From IMG/VR virus record IMGVR_UViG_3300026077_000001: DNA of 64,000 nucleotides; one strand, 5' to 3'. The notes below the pieces were generated by a model that was not told the DNA's origin, did no database searches, and saw only the letters and a program-made list of their open reading frames with translations. This document shows positions 47,889 to 56,933 of the stretch, in pieces. This DNA is from a virus (Duplodnaviria > Caudoviricetes). Each line of letters begins with the position of its first letter. Position 1 is the first letter of the stretch. The position numbers were made by a program, and so were the translations under genes.

Positions 47889-48877
47889 GTTACATTGACA
47901 TCAAGTACGCTCGCCTAGTAGGTGGACGACTTGATAAATTCAAAGAAAAGAAATCAGGACTATACAACTTCCGTTGTCCTTACTGTGGTGACTCAGAGAA
48001 GCACAAGAGTAAGGCACGGGGGTATTTTTTTCTCAAGCAGAACGATTTAATATACAAGTGTCATAACTGTGGTGTTGGTAGAACACTAGGTAACTTCCTC
48101 AAAGATCACGCACGTGATTTGTTTGATGAGTTTGTGTTGGAAAGATATAAAGAAGGACTAACAGGTAAGCATAGGAGGGCACCAAATCCTATAATCAAAA
48201 CATCAAAACCAAAGTTTAAAACTAGTACTAACCTCCCAAATATTGCATCGCTAAATAAAGAACATCCAGCACGTGAATATCTTGAGCAACGTAAGATTCC
48301 AATCGACAAATTGGAACATTTGTATTACGCTGATCACTTCAAACAGTATGTAAACTCGGTAAAACAAACCTTCGATAGTTTGAAGAATGATCAACCCCGA
48401 ATCATCATCCCTCTTAAGGATGAGGATGGTAGTATGTTCGGGTTACAAGGGAGATCTTTAGATCCTATTTCGAAGTTACGTTATATAACTATTATCTTTA
48501 ACGAGGACAAACCCAAACTCTTCGGTCTCGACCGCATTAATTATGAAGAACCCATTTACATCGTCGAAGGACCAATCGACTCGCTCTTCTTGGTCAATTC
48601 CGTTGCGATGGCTGGGTCTGATGTTAATATTAGGTCGCTTGGTTGGAGCGATTATATTTGGGTTTATGATAACGAGCCTCGGAACAAACAAATCGTTGAT
48701 CGAATCGAAGCAGCCATCGATAGAGGAGATCAAGTAGTTATCTGGCCAGATGGAATTGTTGAAAAGGACATCAATGATATGGTGTTGGGTGGACAAAATG
48801 TGCAGAATCTAGTACAATCAAATACGTACAAAGGACTGCAAGCAAAATTAAAACTATCACAGTGGAAAAAAGTATGA
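47885..48877 (+). CDS. g61: DNA primase gp61
   Basis: Zinc finger CPYCGDS...CHNC, TOPRIM motif VEGPIDSLF, YDNEPRN and KDINDM. Confidence 0.96.
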   Translation: MSYIDIKYARLVGGRLDKFKEKKSGLYNFRCPYCGDSEKHKSKARGYFFLKQNDLIYKCHNCGVGRTLGNFLKDHARDLFDEFVLERYKEGLTGKHRRAPNPIIKTSKPKFKTSTNLPNIASLNKEHPAREYLEQRKIPIDKLEHLYYADHFKQYVNSVKQTFDSLKNDQPRIIIPLKDEDGSMFGLQGRSLDPISKLRYITIIFNEDKPKLFGLDRINYEEPIYIVEGPIDSLFLVNSVAMAGSDVNIRSLGWSDYIWVYDNEPRNKQIVDRIEAAIDRGDQVVIWPDGIVEKDINDMVLGGQNVQNLVQSNTYKGLQAKLKLSQWKKV

Positions 48878-51216
48878 ACGGAGGAATGAAAGTAATTAAG
48901 AGGGATGGTAGCATCGAACCTCTTACTCTTGATAAGATTCACAGGATGTGTGAATTTTCTTGCGAAGATCTGGCAGGTGTATCTGCAAGTCAGATTGAAA
49001 TGAATGCCAATCTACAATTCTTTGATGGCATTAAATCCTCAGAGATACAACAGATACTAATCAGGTCAGCGAGTGATCTTATTAGTACTGAGACACCCAA
49101 CTATCAGTACGTAGCAGCACGTCTGTTACTATTTGATATACGCAGAGAAGTATTTCCTGGTTGGGCAGATGAAACAGGTTACACACACCTTAAAGACCAC
49201 GTAGAGAAGTGTGTTGAAGATGGTGTATATGATTCTAGTATCATAGATAAGTATAGTGAAGGTGAGTGGAATCTAATCAATGGTTTCATAGATCACCAAC
49301 GTGATTATGGATTCACGTTTGCAGGTCTCCGTCAGATTGTTGACAAGTATCTTGTTCAAGATAGATCAACTGGAACTCTCTATGAGACCCCACAATATAT
49401 GTACATAATGGTAGCAGCAACGCTGTTCCAGAATTACCCCACAGAAACGAGACTTGATTATGTCAGACGCTACTACACCGCCACCTCCAAAGGAAAGATC
49501 AACATCCCAACACCAGTCCTCGCAGGCGTTCGAACCCCCATTCGTCAATTTGCAAGTTGTGTTCTGGTTGATGCTGATGACACCCTCGATAGTATCTTTA
49601 GCAGCGATATGGCTATTGGCAAATATGTCGCTCAAAGGGCAGGAATTGGTATCAACGCAGGTAGGATCAGGGGTATCAACAGTAAAATCAGGGGTGGAGA
49701 AGTTCAGCACACAGGTGTTGTCCCCTTCCTTAAAAAGTTCGAAAGCACTGTTAGATGTTGTACTCAGAACGGTATTAGAGGTGGGTCAGCGACAGTCCAC
49801 TTCCCCATCTGGCACCAAGAAATAGAGGACATCCTTGTACTTAAAAATAACAAAGGCACAGAAGACAATCGTGTTAGAAAGCTCGACTACAGTATCCAAG
49901 TTAGCGAGCTCTTCTACCAGAGGTTCATTGAGGATAAAGAGATATCTCTCTTTAGTCCTAACACCGTTCCAGGTTTGTATGAATCTTTTGGCACTGATAG
50001 TTTTAATGAACTTTACGAACGATATGAAAAGGATGAATCAATACCTAAGAAGACTATCAAGGCACAAGAATTAATCATTGATCTCTTAAAGGAGAGAGCA
50101 GAGACAGGTCGTATCTACATTATGAATATCGACCATTGTAATACACATAGTTCATTCAAAGATAAAGTTTATATGAGTAACCTCTGTCAGGAGATTACTC
50201 TACCTACAGATCCTATTCAACATATTGATGATGGTGATGCTGAGATTGCTTTGTGTATACTATCTGCTATCAATGTAGGTAAGTTAACTAAGAACTTAGA
50301 TGAGTTAGAAGAACTCTGTGACCTCTCTGTAAGGGGTCTAGAAGAACTTATAGACTACCAAAACTATCCTGTTGCTGCTGCTGAACGTAGTACTAAAAAC
50401 AGACGGTCTCTAGGCATAGGATTCATAGGATTAGCACATTACCTAGCAAAGAATGGTGTCAAATATAATGATCAAGAAGCATATGATTTAGTCCATCAGT
50501 TGACAGAAGCATTCCAATACTTCTTACTTAAGTCATCTAATGAACTTGCTAAAGAGAAAGGTTCTTGTGATGGTTTCGAACGTACCAAATATTACGATGG
50601 CATACTACCAATTGATACATATAAACAGGAAGTAGATGAGATTACTGAACCATCTTACAAATATGATTGGAATAGTTTACGGACATCTATCACAACCCAC
50701 GGTCTTAGGCACTCAACACTGTCCGCACAAATGCCTTCGGAGAGCAGTTCCATTGTGTCAAACGCAACAAATGGAATCGAGCCACCTAGAGACTACTTGT
50801 CCGTTAAAAAATCAAAGAAAGGACCCCTTAAGCAGATTGTTCCTGGGTTTCCCCACCTAAAGAACAAGTACACATTGCTATGGGATATGGAATCCAATGA
50901 GGGTTACATAAAGATCGTAGCAGTAATGCAGAAGTTTTTCGACCAAGCAATCAGTGGTAACTGGAGTTATAATCCAGAGAACTATCCTGATAACGAAGTC
51001 CCTATGCAAGTAATGGCTATGGACTGGTTAACCACATATAGATATGGATGGAAGACTTCTTATTATCAAAACACATATGATGCTAAGAAGGACGTTGACG
51101 AACCTTCACATCCAATAGGATGGAAGGATAACATTTCAGAAGGAGAGCAATCTCTTGATGAACTAATTAATGAACTCGCTACTGTGGAGGATGACTGTGA
51201 GTCCTGCAAAATCTGA
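48874..51216 (+). CDS. nrdA: Class Ia ribonucleotide reductase alpha subunit
   Basis: ATP cone VIKRDG, PTPVLAG, QFASC, SNLCQEI, MPSESSS and C-terminal CESC. Confidence 0.98.
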   Translation: MNGGMKVIKRDGSIEPLTLDKIHRMCEFSCEDLAGVSASQIEMNANLQFFDGIKSSEIQQILIRSASDLISTETPNYQYVAARLLLFDIRREVFPGWADETGYTHLKDHVEKCVEDGVYDSSIIDKYSEGEWNLINGFIDHQRDYGFTFAGLRQIVDKYLVQDRSTGTLYETPQYMYIMVAATLFQNYPTETRLDYVRRYYTATSKGKINIPTPVLAGVRTPIRQFASCVLVDADDTLDSIFSSDMAIGKYVAQRAGIGINAGRIRGINSKIRGGEVQHTGVVPFLKKFESTVRCCTQNGIRGGSATVHFPIWHQEIEDILVLKNNKGTEDNRVRKLDYSIQVSELFYQRFIEDKEISLFSPNTVPGLYESFGTDSFNELYERYEKDESIPKKTIKAQELIIDLLKERAETGRIYIMNIDHCNTHSSFKDKVYMSNLCQEITLPTDPIQHIDDGDAEIALCILSAINVGKLTKNLDELEELCDLSVRGLEELIDYQNYPVAAAERSTKNRRSLGIGFIGLAHYLAKNGVKYNDQEAYDLVHQLTEAFQYFLLKSSNELAKEKGSCDGFERTKYYDGILPIDTYKQEVDEITEPSYKYDWNSLRTSITTHGLRHSTLSAQMPSESSSIVSNATNGIEPPRDYLSVKKSKKGPLKQIVPGFPHLKNKYTLLWDMESNEGYIKIVAVMQKFFDQAISGNWSYNPENYPDNEVPMQVMAMDWLTTYRYGWKTSYYQNTYDAKKDVDEPSHPIGWKDNISEGEQSLDELINELATVEDDCESCKI

Positions 51217-52357
51217 TGTCCAAGGTGTGACTGTATTCAATCGTGAGAATCACGACAATACTAAACAACCAATGTTCTTTGGTAAACCCTTGGGTGTACA
51301 GAGGTACGATGAGTACAAGTACCCTGTATTTGATAAGTTAACAACACAAATGTTAGGTTATTTCTGGAGACCTGAAGAAGTTTCATTACAGAAAGACAGA
51401 GCAGACTATACACAGTTAACTTCAGCACAAAAACATATATTTACAAGCAATTTAAAGTACCAGATACTACTTGACTCAGTACAAGGACGTGCACCTGGTA
51501 TGGCATTCTTACCTTACGTAGCACTACCTGAACTAGAAGGTGCTATGAATGTATGGCAGTTTATGGAGACTATCCATAGCAGATCATACACTTATATTAT
51601 TAAGAACGTATACCCAGATCCATCAGAGGTCTTCGATACTATTCTTGAAGATGAAAGGATTATGTCACGTGCAGAGTCAGTCACTAGAGCATATGATGAG
51701 TTCATTCAACTTGCAAGTGAGTGGGGTCAGAGTAATAACTGGAGAGACGATTGGCGAGATCATATCAATGCACAATGGACTAAGAAAGATCTAAAACGTG
51801 CATTGTATCGTGCAATTATGAATGTTAATATCCTTGAGGGTATTAGATTCTACGTATCATTTGCTTGTAGCTTTGCCTTCGGTGAACTAAAGTTTATGGA
51901 AGGAAGTGCAAAGATCATTAGTTTAATTTCACGAGATGAGTCACAGCATCTTGTACTCACACAACAGATCCTAAAGTATTGGGATCAAGGTGATGATCCT
52001 GTGATGAATGAGATTATTGAAGAGGAAAAGGATAACGTAATCAATATGTTTAAGAACGCAGTCGAAGAGGAGAAGGAGTGGGCAGAGTATCTCTTTAAAG
52101 ATGGTACTATGATTGGTCTTAATGCTAGACTGCTAGAGAAATATGTTGAGTGGATTGCTAACAAGCGTATGAAAGCAGTAGGTATTGCACCTATCTACGA
52201 TGTACCTGCACGTAACAATCCATTACCTTGGACAGAGCATTGGTTGAACTCTAAAGGTCAACAGAATGCACCACAGGAAACAGAGATTGAATCTTATGTT
52301 GTCGGTGGTATCAAACAAGACGTTAAGAAGGACACTTTCTCAGGATTTAAGTTATGA
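51191..52357 (+). CDS. nrdB: Class Ia ribonucleotide reductase beta subunit
   Basis: FWRPEEV, DSVQGR, ETIHSRSY, EGIRFY and RDESQH. Confidence 0.98.
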   Translation: MTVSPAKSDVQGVTVFNRENHDNTKQPMFFGKPLGVQRYDEYKYPVFDKLTTQMLGYFWRPEEVSLQKDRADYTQLTSAQKHIFTSNLKYQILLDSVQGRAPGMAFLPYVALPELEGAMNVWQFMETIHSRSYTYIIKNVYPDPSEVFDTILEDERIMSRAESVTRAYDEFIQLASEWGQSNNWRDDWRDHINAQWTKKDLKRALYRAIMNVNILEGIRFYVSFACSFAFGELKFMEGSAKIISLISRDESQHLVLTQQILKYWDQGDDPVMNEIIEEEKDNVINMFKNAVEEEKEWAEYLFKDGTMIGLNARLLEKYVEWIANKRMKAVGIAPIYDVPARNNPLPWTEHWLNSKGQQNAPQETEIESYVVGGIKQDVKKDTFSGFKL

Positions 52358-52635
52358 TTTTTTGGATTGGATTCTTCGTTATGTTTTTTAACGAAGGTTT
52401 TGTTATGATGAGACACGTGTCACCTTGGTTTGCAAGACGTAGACAAGGTTTCATTGATAAATTTGGTGAGAATATATGGTATAGGTTCCACGGTACATTA
52501 GATTATGTTTGGATGGGACTAGTCACACTAGGATTAATAGTTAACTCTCACAGAGTACTACACATAATGGTGTTACTAACATTCTGGACTTTAGCTTGGA
52601 TGATATTTTATCTACCGAGGTGGATCAAGAGATGA
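52354..52635 (+). CDS. Small His-containing membrane protein (copy 2)
   Basis: Paralogue of the ORF at 21525. Confidence 0.75.
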   Translation: MIFWIGFFVMFFNEGFVMMRHVSPWFARRRQGFIDKFGENIWYRFHGTLDYVWMGLVTLGLIVNSHRVLHIMVLLTFWTLAWMIFYLPRWIKR

Positions 52636-53192
52636 CTTCTTATGTAAATCTTACTCTACCTATTTTTGAGTTTATATTACCTCAGAAATGTATTGATGAA
52701 GCAAATGAAGTCATTGATAACTGGAAACAATCAGGTGAACCTGCACCAGAAATATCAAACGTAAGAGCAAAACAAACGCAGTGTAACCTACAGATGCCTA
52801 AGACTGTAGAGTTCACTGCTTTATGTTGTAAGATGATATCTAATCTAGTTTATAATGCTGGTGGTAGAGTCTATGGAGGACTCAATGATGGCACCAATGA
52901 TATAGAATACATTGCACGTGACTGTTGGGGTATTGATTATTCTCCTGGAGATTATACTGTACCTCACAATCATTTTCCAGCAGACTTCTCTGCTGTAGGA
53001 TTCTTAAAACTAGAAGAGGGATGTTCCCCTGTTAGATTTCACGGTGCAGGTATGTTTATGGACTGTACTTTCCAACCATCAGAGAGACAGTTAATTATAT
53101 TTGATGGCAAGATTCTTCATAGTGTTCCACCTACTTCTGCTGAACGTAGAGTGGTAGCATTAAATTTGTTTAAAGAACCAGGTACTTATTAA
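52632..53192 (+). CDS. 2OG-Fe(II) oxygenase-like protein (TIGR02466-like)
   Basis: PHNHFP, ILHSVP and RRVVALN. Confidence 0.72.
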   Translation: MTSYVNLTLPIFEFILPQKCIDEANEVIDNWKQSGEPAPEISNVRAKQTQCNLQMPKTVEFTALCCKMISNLVYNAGGRVYGGLNDGTNDIEYIARDCWGIDYSPGDYTVPHNHFPADFSAVGFLKLEEGCSPVRFHGAGMFMDCTFQPSERQLIIFDGKILHSVPPTSAERRVVALNLFKEPGTY

Positions 53193-53824
53193 TGTTTTAC
53201 ATAGGTGAGGTTCCTAAGTCTATTAGTGAACCAGTTAAAGCAAGGTTACTACACAACCCTTATTGGCCTTGGTTTATGCAAACAGAAACCACGTCATACG
53301 ATAAGGAGTTTAGTACCTCTATACCTGATGAATTATCAAGTGAGAACCCACAGTTTATGCACACTGTACTCAATACATTAGGTGAGATAGTATCACCTGA
53401 TGGGTATGAGAGAGTATGTGAACCAGTGTGGAAGTGGATAGTATCTAACACAGAGATGCCTGAGTTCGCAGACTTCAGAAGAATAAAAATTAATCTTGCA
53501 CCTAGAAGAGAATCTAATACCCTCTACCATACTCCTCACGTTGACTTTGACCAACCACACTGGACTATCATTTACTATGTGAATGACTCTGATGGTCCAA
53601 CATTCTTCTTCAAACAAAGGTACGATGGTACCAGACAAAAATTACAAATAGAACAGAAGATTGAACCTAGACAGGGTAGGTTCGTTCTGTTTGATGGATT
53701 GCAGTATCACACGAGTAGCAATCCGCAATACAATGATATGAGATGCGTAATCAATTTCAATTACACCTCAAGTTCCTCCGACAACTTAAACAGGAGCTTA
53801 GACGTGAACCCAGAGAACCATTGA
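53192..53824 (+). CDS. 2OG-Fe(II) oxygenase-like protein
   Basis: PHVD, YYVNDSDGPT, QYHTSS and RCVINFN. Related to the ORF at 18580. Confidence 0.75.
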   Translation: MFYIGEVPKSISEPVKARLLHNPYWPWFMQTETTSYDKEFSTSIPDELSSENPQFMHTVLNTLGEIVSPDGYERVCEPVWKWIVSNTEMPEFADFRRIKINLAPRRESNTLYHTPHVDFDQPHWTIIYYVNDSDGPTFFFKQRYDGTRQKLQIEQKIEPRQGRFVLFDGLQYHTSSNPQYNDMRCVINFNYTSSSSDNLNRSLDVNPENH

Positions 53825-53889
53825 CACCTGACTTTTATAAGAAGATGCATAAGTTAAAACCAAAAGGTTCACGCAGATACAAAAAGTAG
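53743..53889 (+). CDS. Small basic hypothetical protein (48 aa)
   Basis: Translated by hand: MRNQFQLHLKFLRQLKQEL...RRYKK. Overlaps the previous ORF by 82 nt. Confidence 0.5.
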   Translation: MRNQFQLHLKFLRQLKQELRREPREPLTPDFYKKMHKLKPKGSRRYKK

Positions 53890-53940
53890 TTTTAGCTACA
53901 AAAGTTGCTAAATAGTTGTGCATATGCTAACATATGCATA

Positions 53941-53976
53941 CGTTCGCCCTTCGGGGTGCAAGTAGGTCACGGAACG
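53941..53976 (+). ncRNA. Glutamine-riboswitch-like aptamer 1 (glnA / Downstream-peptide type)
   Basis: P1 CGTTC/GAACG, P2 GCCC-TTCG-GGGT and GCAAGTA linker. Confidence 0.7.
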
Positions 53977-53979
53977 GAG

Positions 53980-54156
53980 CGTTCATCCTGATGATTCCTA
54001 TTCTATTAGCCACTTCTATATCTTGTTCTGATGCTAATGTTCTTATCGATAAGATAAACACATTTAATGTTGATGAAGAAGTACGTGCTGAAATGATTCA
54101 GGTCGTAAAGGAAGAGGTAGACTGGTGTAATTGGGACGCAAATGTCTGAAGGAACG
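53980..54156 (+). ncRNA. Glutamine-riboswitch-like aptamer 2, split by an ORF in its P2 loop
   Basis: 5' half CGTTCATCCT (53980-53989), 3' half GGGACGCAAATGTCTGAAGGAACG (54133-54156). Confidence 0.6.
53991..54149 (+). CDS. Small protein (52 aa) nested in the riboswitch loop
   Basis: MIPILLATSISCSDAN...WCNWDANV, with SD GGAG upstream. Confidence 0.7.
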   Translation: MIPILLATSISCSDANVLIDKINTFNVDEEVRAEMIQVVKEEVDWCNWDANV

Positions 54157-54189
54157 GGGCTAAAAATCCTACTACTTTGGAGTAAAACA

Positions 54190-54324
54190 ATGGCAAAAGT
54201 CATCTACCGTGGTGTCGAGTACGACACTAAAGAGTACAACGCTAAGGTTCTCGATGAGAATTCAAAGCGTAACAGACACGATCTAATGTATCGTGGACTG
54301 AAGGTTCAAAAAGCATACGCTTAA
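54190..54324 (+). CDS. DUF4278-like peptide
   Basis: Two YRG motifs (VIYRGVEY and LMYRGLKV), SD GGAG. Confidence 0.8.
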   Translation: MAKVIYRGVEYDTKEYNAKVLDENSKRNRHDLMYRGLKVQKAYA

Positions 54325-54362
54325 CCTGTACCACCGACTTAGAACAGTCTATGTCAGTAATC

Positions 54363-54392
54363 AAAGAGATCCCTTGATGGATCTCTTTTTTT
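54363..54392 (+). terminator. Rho-independent terminator
   Basis: AAAGAGATCC-CTTGAT-GGATCTCTTT followed by a T run. Confidence 0.88.
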
Positions 54393-54425
54393 GTGGTAAT
54401 ATATAATCTAAAGATATAAGCACCT

Positions 54426-55097
54426 ATGAAACTATTCCTCGACTGTTCGGATCCTGATCTTATAGGTCACGCACTTGAAACTGGTCTTGTGGATGGTGTT
54501 ACCACTAACCCAACTCTGATGAAGAAGTTGGGACAAGATCCACAAGAAGTTATTAAACGTATTGCAGAGATGTTTCCTTGGGATGCATCCATATCTGCTG
54601 AAGTTGTTGGTCAGAATGCTGACGAGATGCTAGAGATGGCATCCCAGTACATTAGGATCGCACCTAACATTACTATTAAACTACCTTGCTCACGTGAGGG
54701 ATTGATTGCTTGTGGTGATCTAACTGGTGATGATATTTCAACCAATGTTACTCTAGTATTTTCTCCTGCACAAGCAGTTCTTGCTGCTAAGGCAGGTGCT
54801 AGTTACATCTCACCTTTCATAGGAAGGGTTGCAGATCAATACTGGGATGGACTATCTCTTATAAAAGATATCCGTAAAATTTATGATCGTAATGATGTTA
54901 CAACTCAAATCCTTGCTGCAAGTATTAGGAACCCCATTGATGTACCCAATGCCTTTGGAGTGGGTGCTGACGTATGTACTTTACCGTACGACATATTCAA
55001 CAAACTATTTGACCATTGTTTAACTACAGCAGGTCTTGAAGCCTTTGATAAAGATTGGGCACAACTAATGGAAGATTTACTACCTGAAGATGAGTGA
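54426..55097 (+). CDS. talC: Transaldolase TalC (FSA family)
   Basis: DGVTTNPTL, ITIKLP, TNVTLVFS, YISPFIGR and ILAASIR. Confidence 0.97.
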   Translation: MKLFLDCSDPDLIGHALETGLVDGVTTNPTLMKKLGQDPQEVIKRIAEMFPWDASISAEVVGQNADEMLEMASQYIRIAPNITIKLPCSREGLIACGDLTGDDISTNVTLVFSPAQAVLAAKAGASYISPFIGRVADQYWDGLSLIKDIRKIYDRNDVTTQILAASIRNPIDVPNAFGVGADVCTLPYDIFNKLFDHCLTTAGLEAFDKDWAQLMEDLLPEDE

Positions 55098-55590
55098 ACT
55101 AAAAGAATTACTAAGAGAGTATGCCTATAAGAAGGGAGAATTTGTTCTCTCTTCTGGTATGACTAGTCAGCATTATGTTAATTGCAAACCATTGATCCTT
55201 ACATCTGTAGGATTGAATCTTGTTTGTGATGAGATGCTTAAGTACATTGACACTGCCTGTGTAGCAGGTCTTACCCTAGGTGCTGACCCATTAGTGTCAG
55301 GTCTAGTGGTGAAAGGAAAGAGTGGTTTGATTATTAGGAAGGAACCTAAAGGACACGGTACTGCATCACAAGTAGAAGGACCATTACCTCCAATAGGAAC
55401 TACCATTACTGTTGTAGAAGATGTCACCACTACAGGTGGATCATCACTCAAAGCAGTTCAAGTCCTAAGAGATCTAGAGTACCACGTTGATCGTGTTGTT
55501 ACAATCGTTGACAGAGAAGACTGTGCTAAGGATAGGTTCTTGACAGAGGGTGTAGAATTAAAGAGTCTTATAACCCTTAGTGAATTATGA
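55090..55590 (+). CDS. pyrE: Orotate phosphoribosyltransferase
   Basis: FVLSSG...YVNCK, RKEPKGHG and PRPP-binding loop VVEDVTTTGGS. Confidence 0.93.
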   Translation: MSELKELLREYAYKKGEFVLSSGMTSQHYVNCKPLILTSVGLNLVCDEMLKYIDTACVAGLTLGADPLVSGLVVKGKSGLIIRKEPKGHGTASQVEGPLPPIGTTITVVEDVTTTGGSSLKAVQVLRDLEYHVDRVVTIVDREDCAKDRFLTEGVELKSLITLSEL

Positions 55591-55691
55591 AGAGTGATAC
55601 TCTCTTGAAGATCTACCTAGCAGCTAAGGTTAGGAAGAAACCTAAGTACTCACCCCCTCGCAAGTCACACAACGTGGCTTTATATGGATGA
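55587..55691 (+). CDS. Tiny basic hypothetical protein (34 aa)
   Basis: Translated by hand: MKSDTLLKIY...HNVALYG. ATGA-coupled on both sides. Confidence 0.55.
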   Translation: MKSDTLLKIYLAAKVRKKPKYSPPRKSHNVALYG

Positions 55692-55855
55692 AGTGGCAAG
55701 TAAAGTTCTTGTACGAAGGTACAGAGTATGCTATGGTAGTAGAAACTTCCTTCAAACACGAGGCTAATAAGTTAGCTAAGACTATGGTAAGGAAGATAGA
55801 CGGTATCAACATTGAACCTATTGGAGAACCTACATTATGGACAGAGAAAGAGTAA
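55688..55855 (+). CDS. Small hypothetical protein (55 aa)
   Basis: Translated by hand: MKWQVKFLYEG...WTEKE. Confidence 0.6.
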   Translation: MKWQVKFLYEGTEYAMVVETSFKHEANKLAKTMVRKIDGINIEPIGEPTLWTEKE

Positions 55856-55980
55856 AGGAAATTATCAGGCAACTGAAAACCATCACCTTCGAACTTGAAT
55901 CAGAGGTCTGGTCTGACGTGGATAAATACACACAAGGACCAAACATTATGATCGGTGATGACAACGACGGAGAGTACTAA
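55837..55980 (+). CDS. Small hypothetical protein (47 aa)
   Basis: Translated by hand: MDRERVKEII...ELESEVWSD...DGEY. Confidence 0.65.
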   Translation: MDRERVKEIIRQLKTITFELESEVWSDVDKYTQGPNIMIGDDNDGEY

Positions 55981-56422
55981 TGAAAAACCTTTGGAAGGAG
56001 ATTATGAGAACCCCTGGTACTACAAAGGTACAGCTTTCACTTCTGACGATATTGGCGACGAGTTCGGTTTTGTCTACAGGATTACAAATCTCATCACGGG
56101 TCGGCAATACATCGGAAGGAAGTACTTCATCCAACGTAGAAAGCCTAGAGGTGGGGTCAGGCGTGTTTCGTCTGAGAGTGACTGGAAAAAATACTACGGC
56201 AGTTCTCCAGAGCTTACAGCAGACATTAAAGAATTTGGACGGAACTCTTTCAGCAGGGAGATCCTATCTCTACATTCCACAAAAGGAAGAGTAAATTTCG
56301 AAGAGACAAGACAACTGTTTATAAATAACGTTTTAACAGAGGCAGCTTCCGATGGGAATCCTGCCTTTTATAATAGCAACATCCTAGGTAGGTACTACCG
56401 TAAGGATTATTTTAAGGCTTGA
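55955..56422 (+). CDS. GIY-YIG family nuclease-like protein (true start possibly TTG near 55990)
   Basis: GFVYRITN...YIGRK...YYGSS. Confidence 0.75.
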   Translation: MMTTTESTNEKPLEGDYENPWYYKGTAFTSDDIGDEFGFVYRITNLITGRQYIGRKYFIQRRKPRGGVRRVSSESDWKKYYGSSPELTADIKEFGRNSFSREILSLHSTKGRVNFEETRQLFINNVLTEAASDGNPAFYNSNILGRYYRKDYFKA

Positions 56423-56434
56423 AATCGGGATAGG

Positions 56435-56534
56435 TATAAATACTCTGGTATGCTGACAATAGTATAGGTATAATTACCGAACCTTGACAAAGTGTCAGGG
56501 AATGCTATATATTATTGTTACGTTTCTTAACAAA
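56435..56534 (+). promoter_or_regulatory. Stacked hli promoters: late TATAAATA, sigma70 TTGACA/TATATA and an HLR1-like box
   Basis: TATAAATA at 56435, TTGACA at 56484, TGcTATATA at 56503-56511, GTTACGTT-N2-TTAACAAA at 56517-56534. Confidence 0.65.
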
Positions 56535-56537
56535 CGA

Positions 56538-56753
56538 ATGACAACTTCCACAAATTCAGTTGGTAGGTATACTACCACCGAATATGGCAAGCAGAATATA
56601 TTTGCTGCTGAGCCAGAGATGTCCTACGTAGAAAACTACGAAGGATATGGGAAGAATGCCGAGCAACTCAATGGTCGCCTAGCGATGATTGGATTCTTTG
56701 CTTTAGTACATAACTACATCTTATTCGGTGCAGTTATTCCAGGCATCTTCTAA
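56538..56753 (+). CDS. hli: High-light-inducible protein
   Basis: AEQLNGRLAMIGF...IPGIF. Confidence 0.95.
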   Translation: MTTSTNSVGRYTTTEYGKQNIFAAEPEMSYVENYEGYGKNAEQLNGRLAMIGFFALVHNYILFGAVIPGIF

Positions 56754-56825
56754 GACTATAGGTCTTTACACCACGAGCATAAGCTCGTCACTTTTAACCC
56801 TCAAATCTAAAAAGGAGCAAAAACA

Positions 56826-56933
56826 ATGACACCAGAAGCAGAAAAGTTTAATGGTTGGGCAGCAATGATTGGATTCGTTGCAGCATTCGGAGCATACGCA
56901 ACCACAGGTCAAATCATCCCAGGTATATTCTAA
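56826..56933 (+). CDS. hli: High-light-inducible protein (35 aa)
   Basis: Translated by hand: MTPEAEKFNGWAAMIGFVAAFGAYATTGQIIPGIF, SD AAGGAG. Confidence 0.93.
   Translation: MTPEAEKFNGWAAMIGFVAAFGAYATTGQIIPGIF

Noticed and set aside
55955-56422. GIY-YIG ORF as a mobile homing endonuclease
   Set aside because: It is short, lacks a C-terminal DNA-binding domain, and resembles the small conserved GIY-YIG proteins of T4-like phages rather than an invading element.
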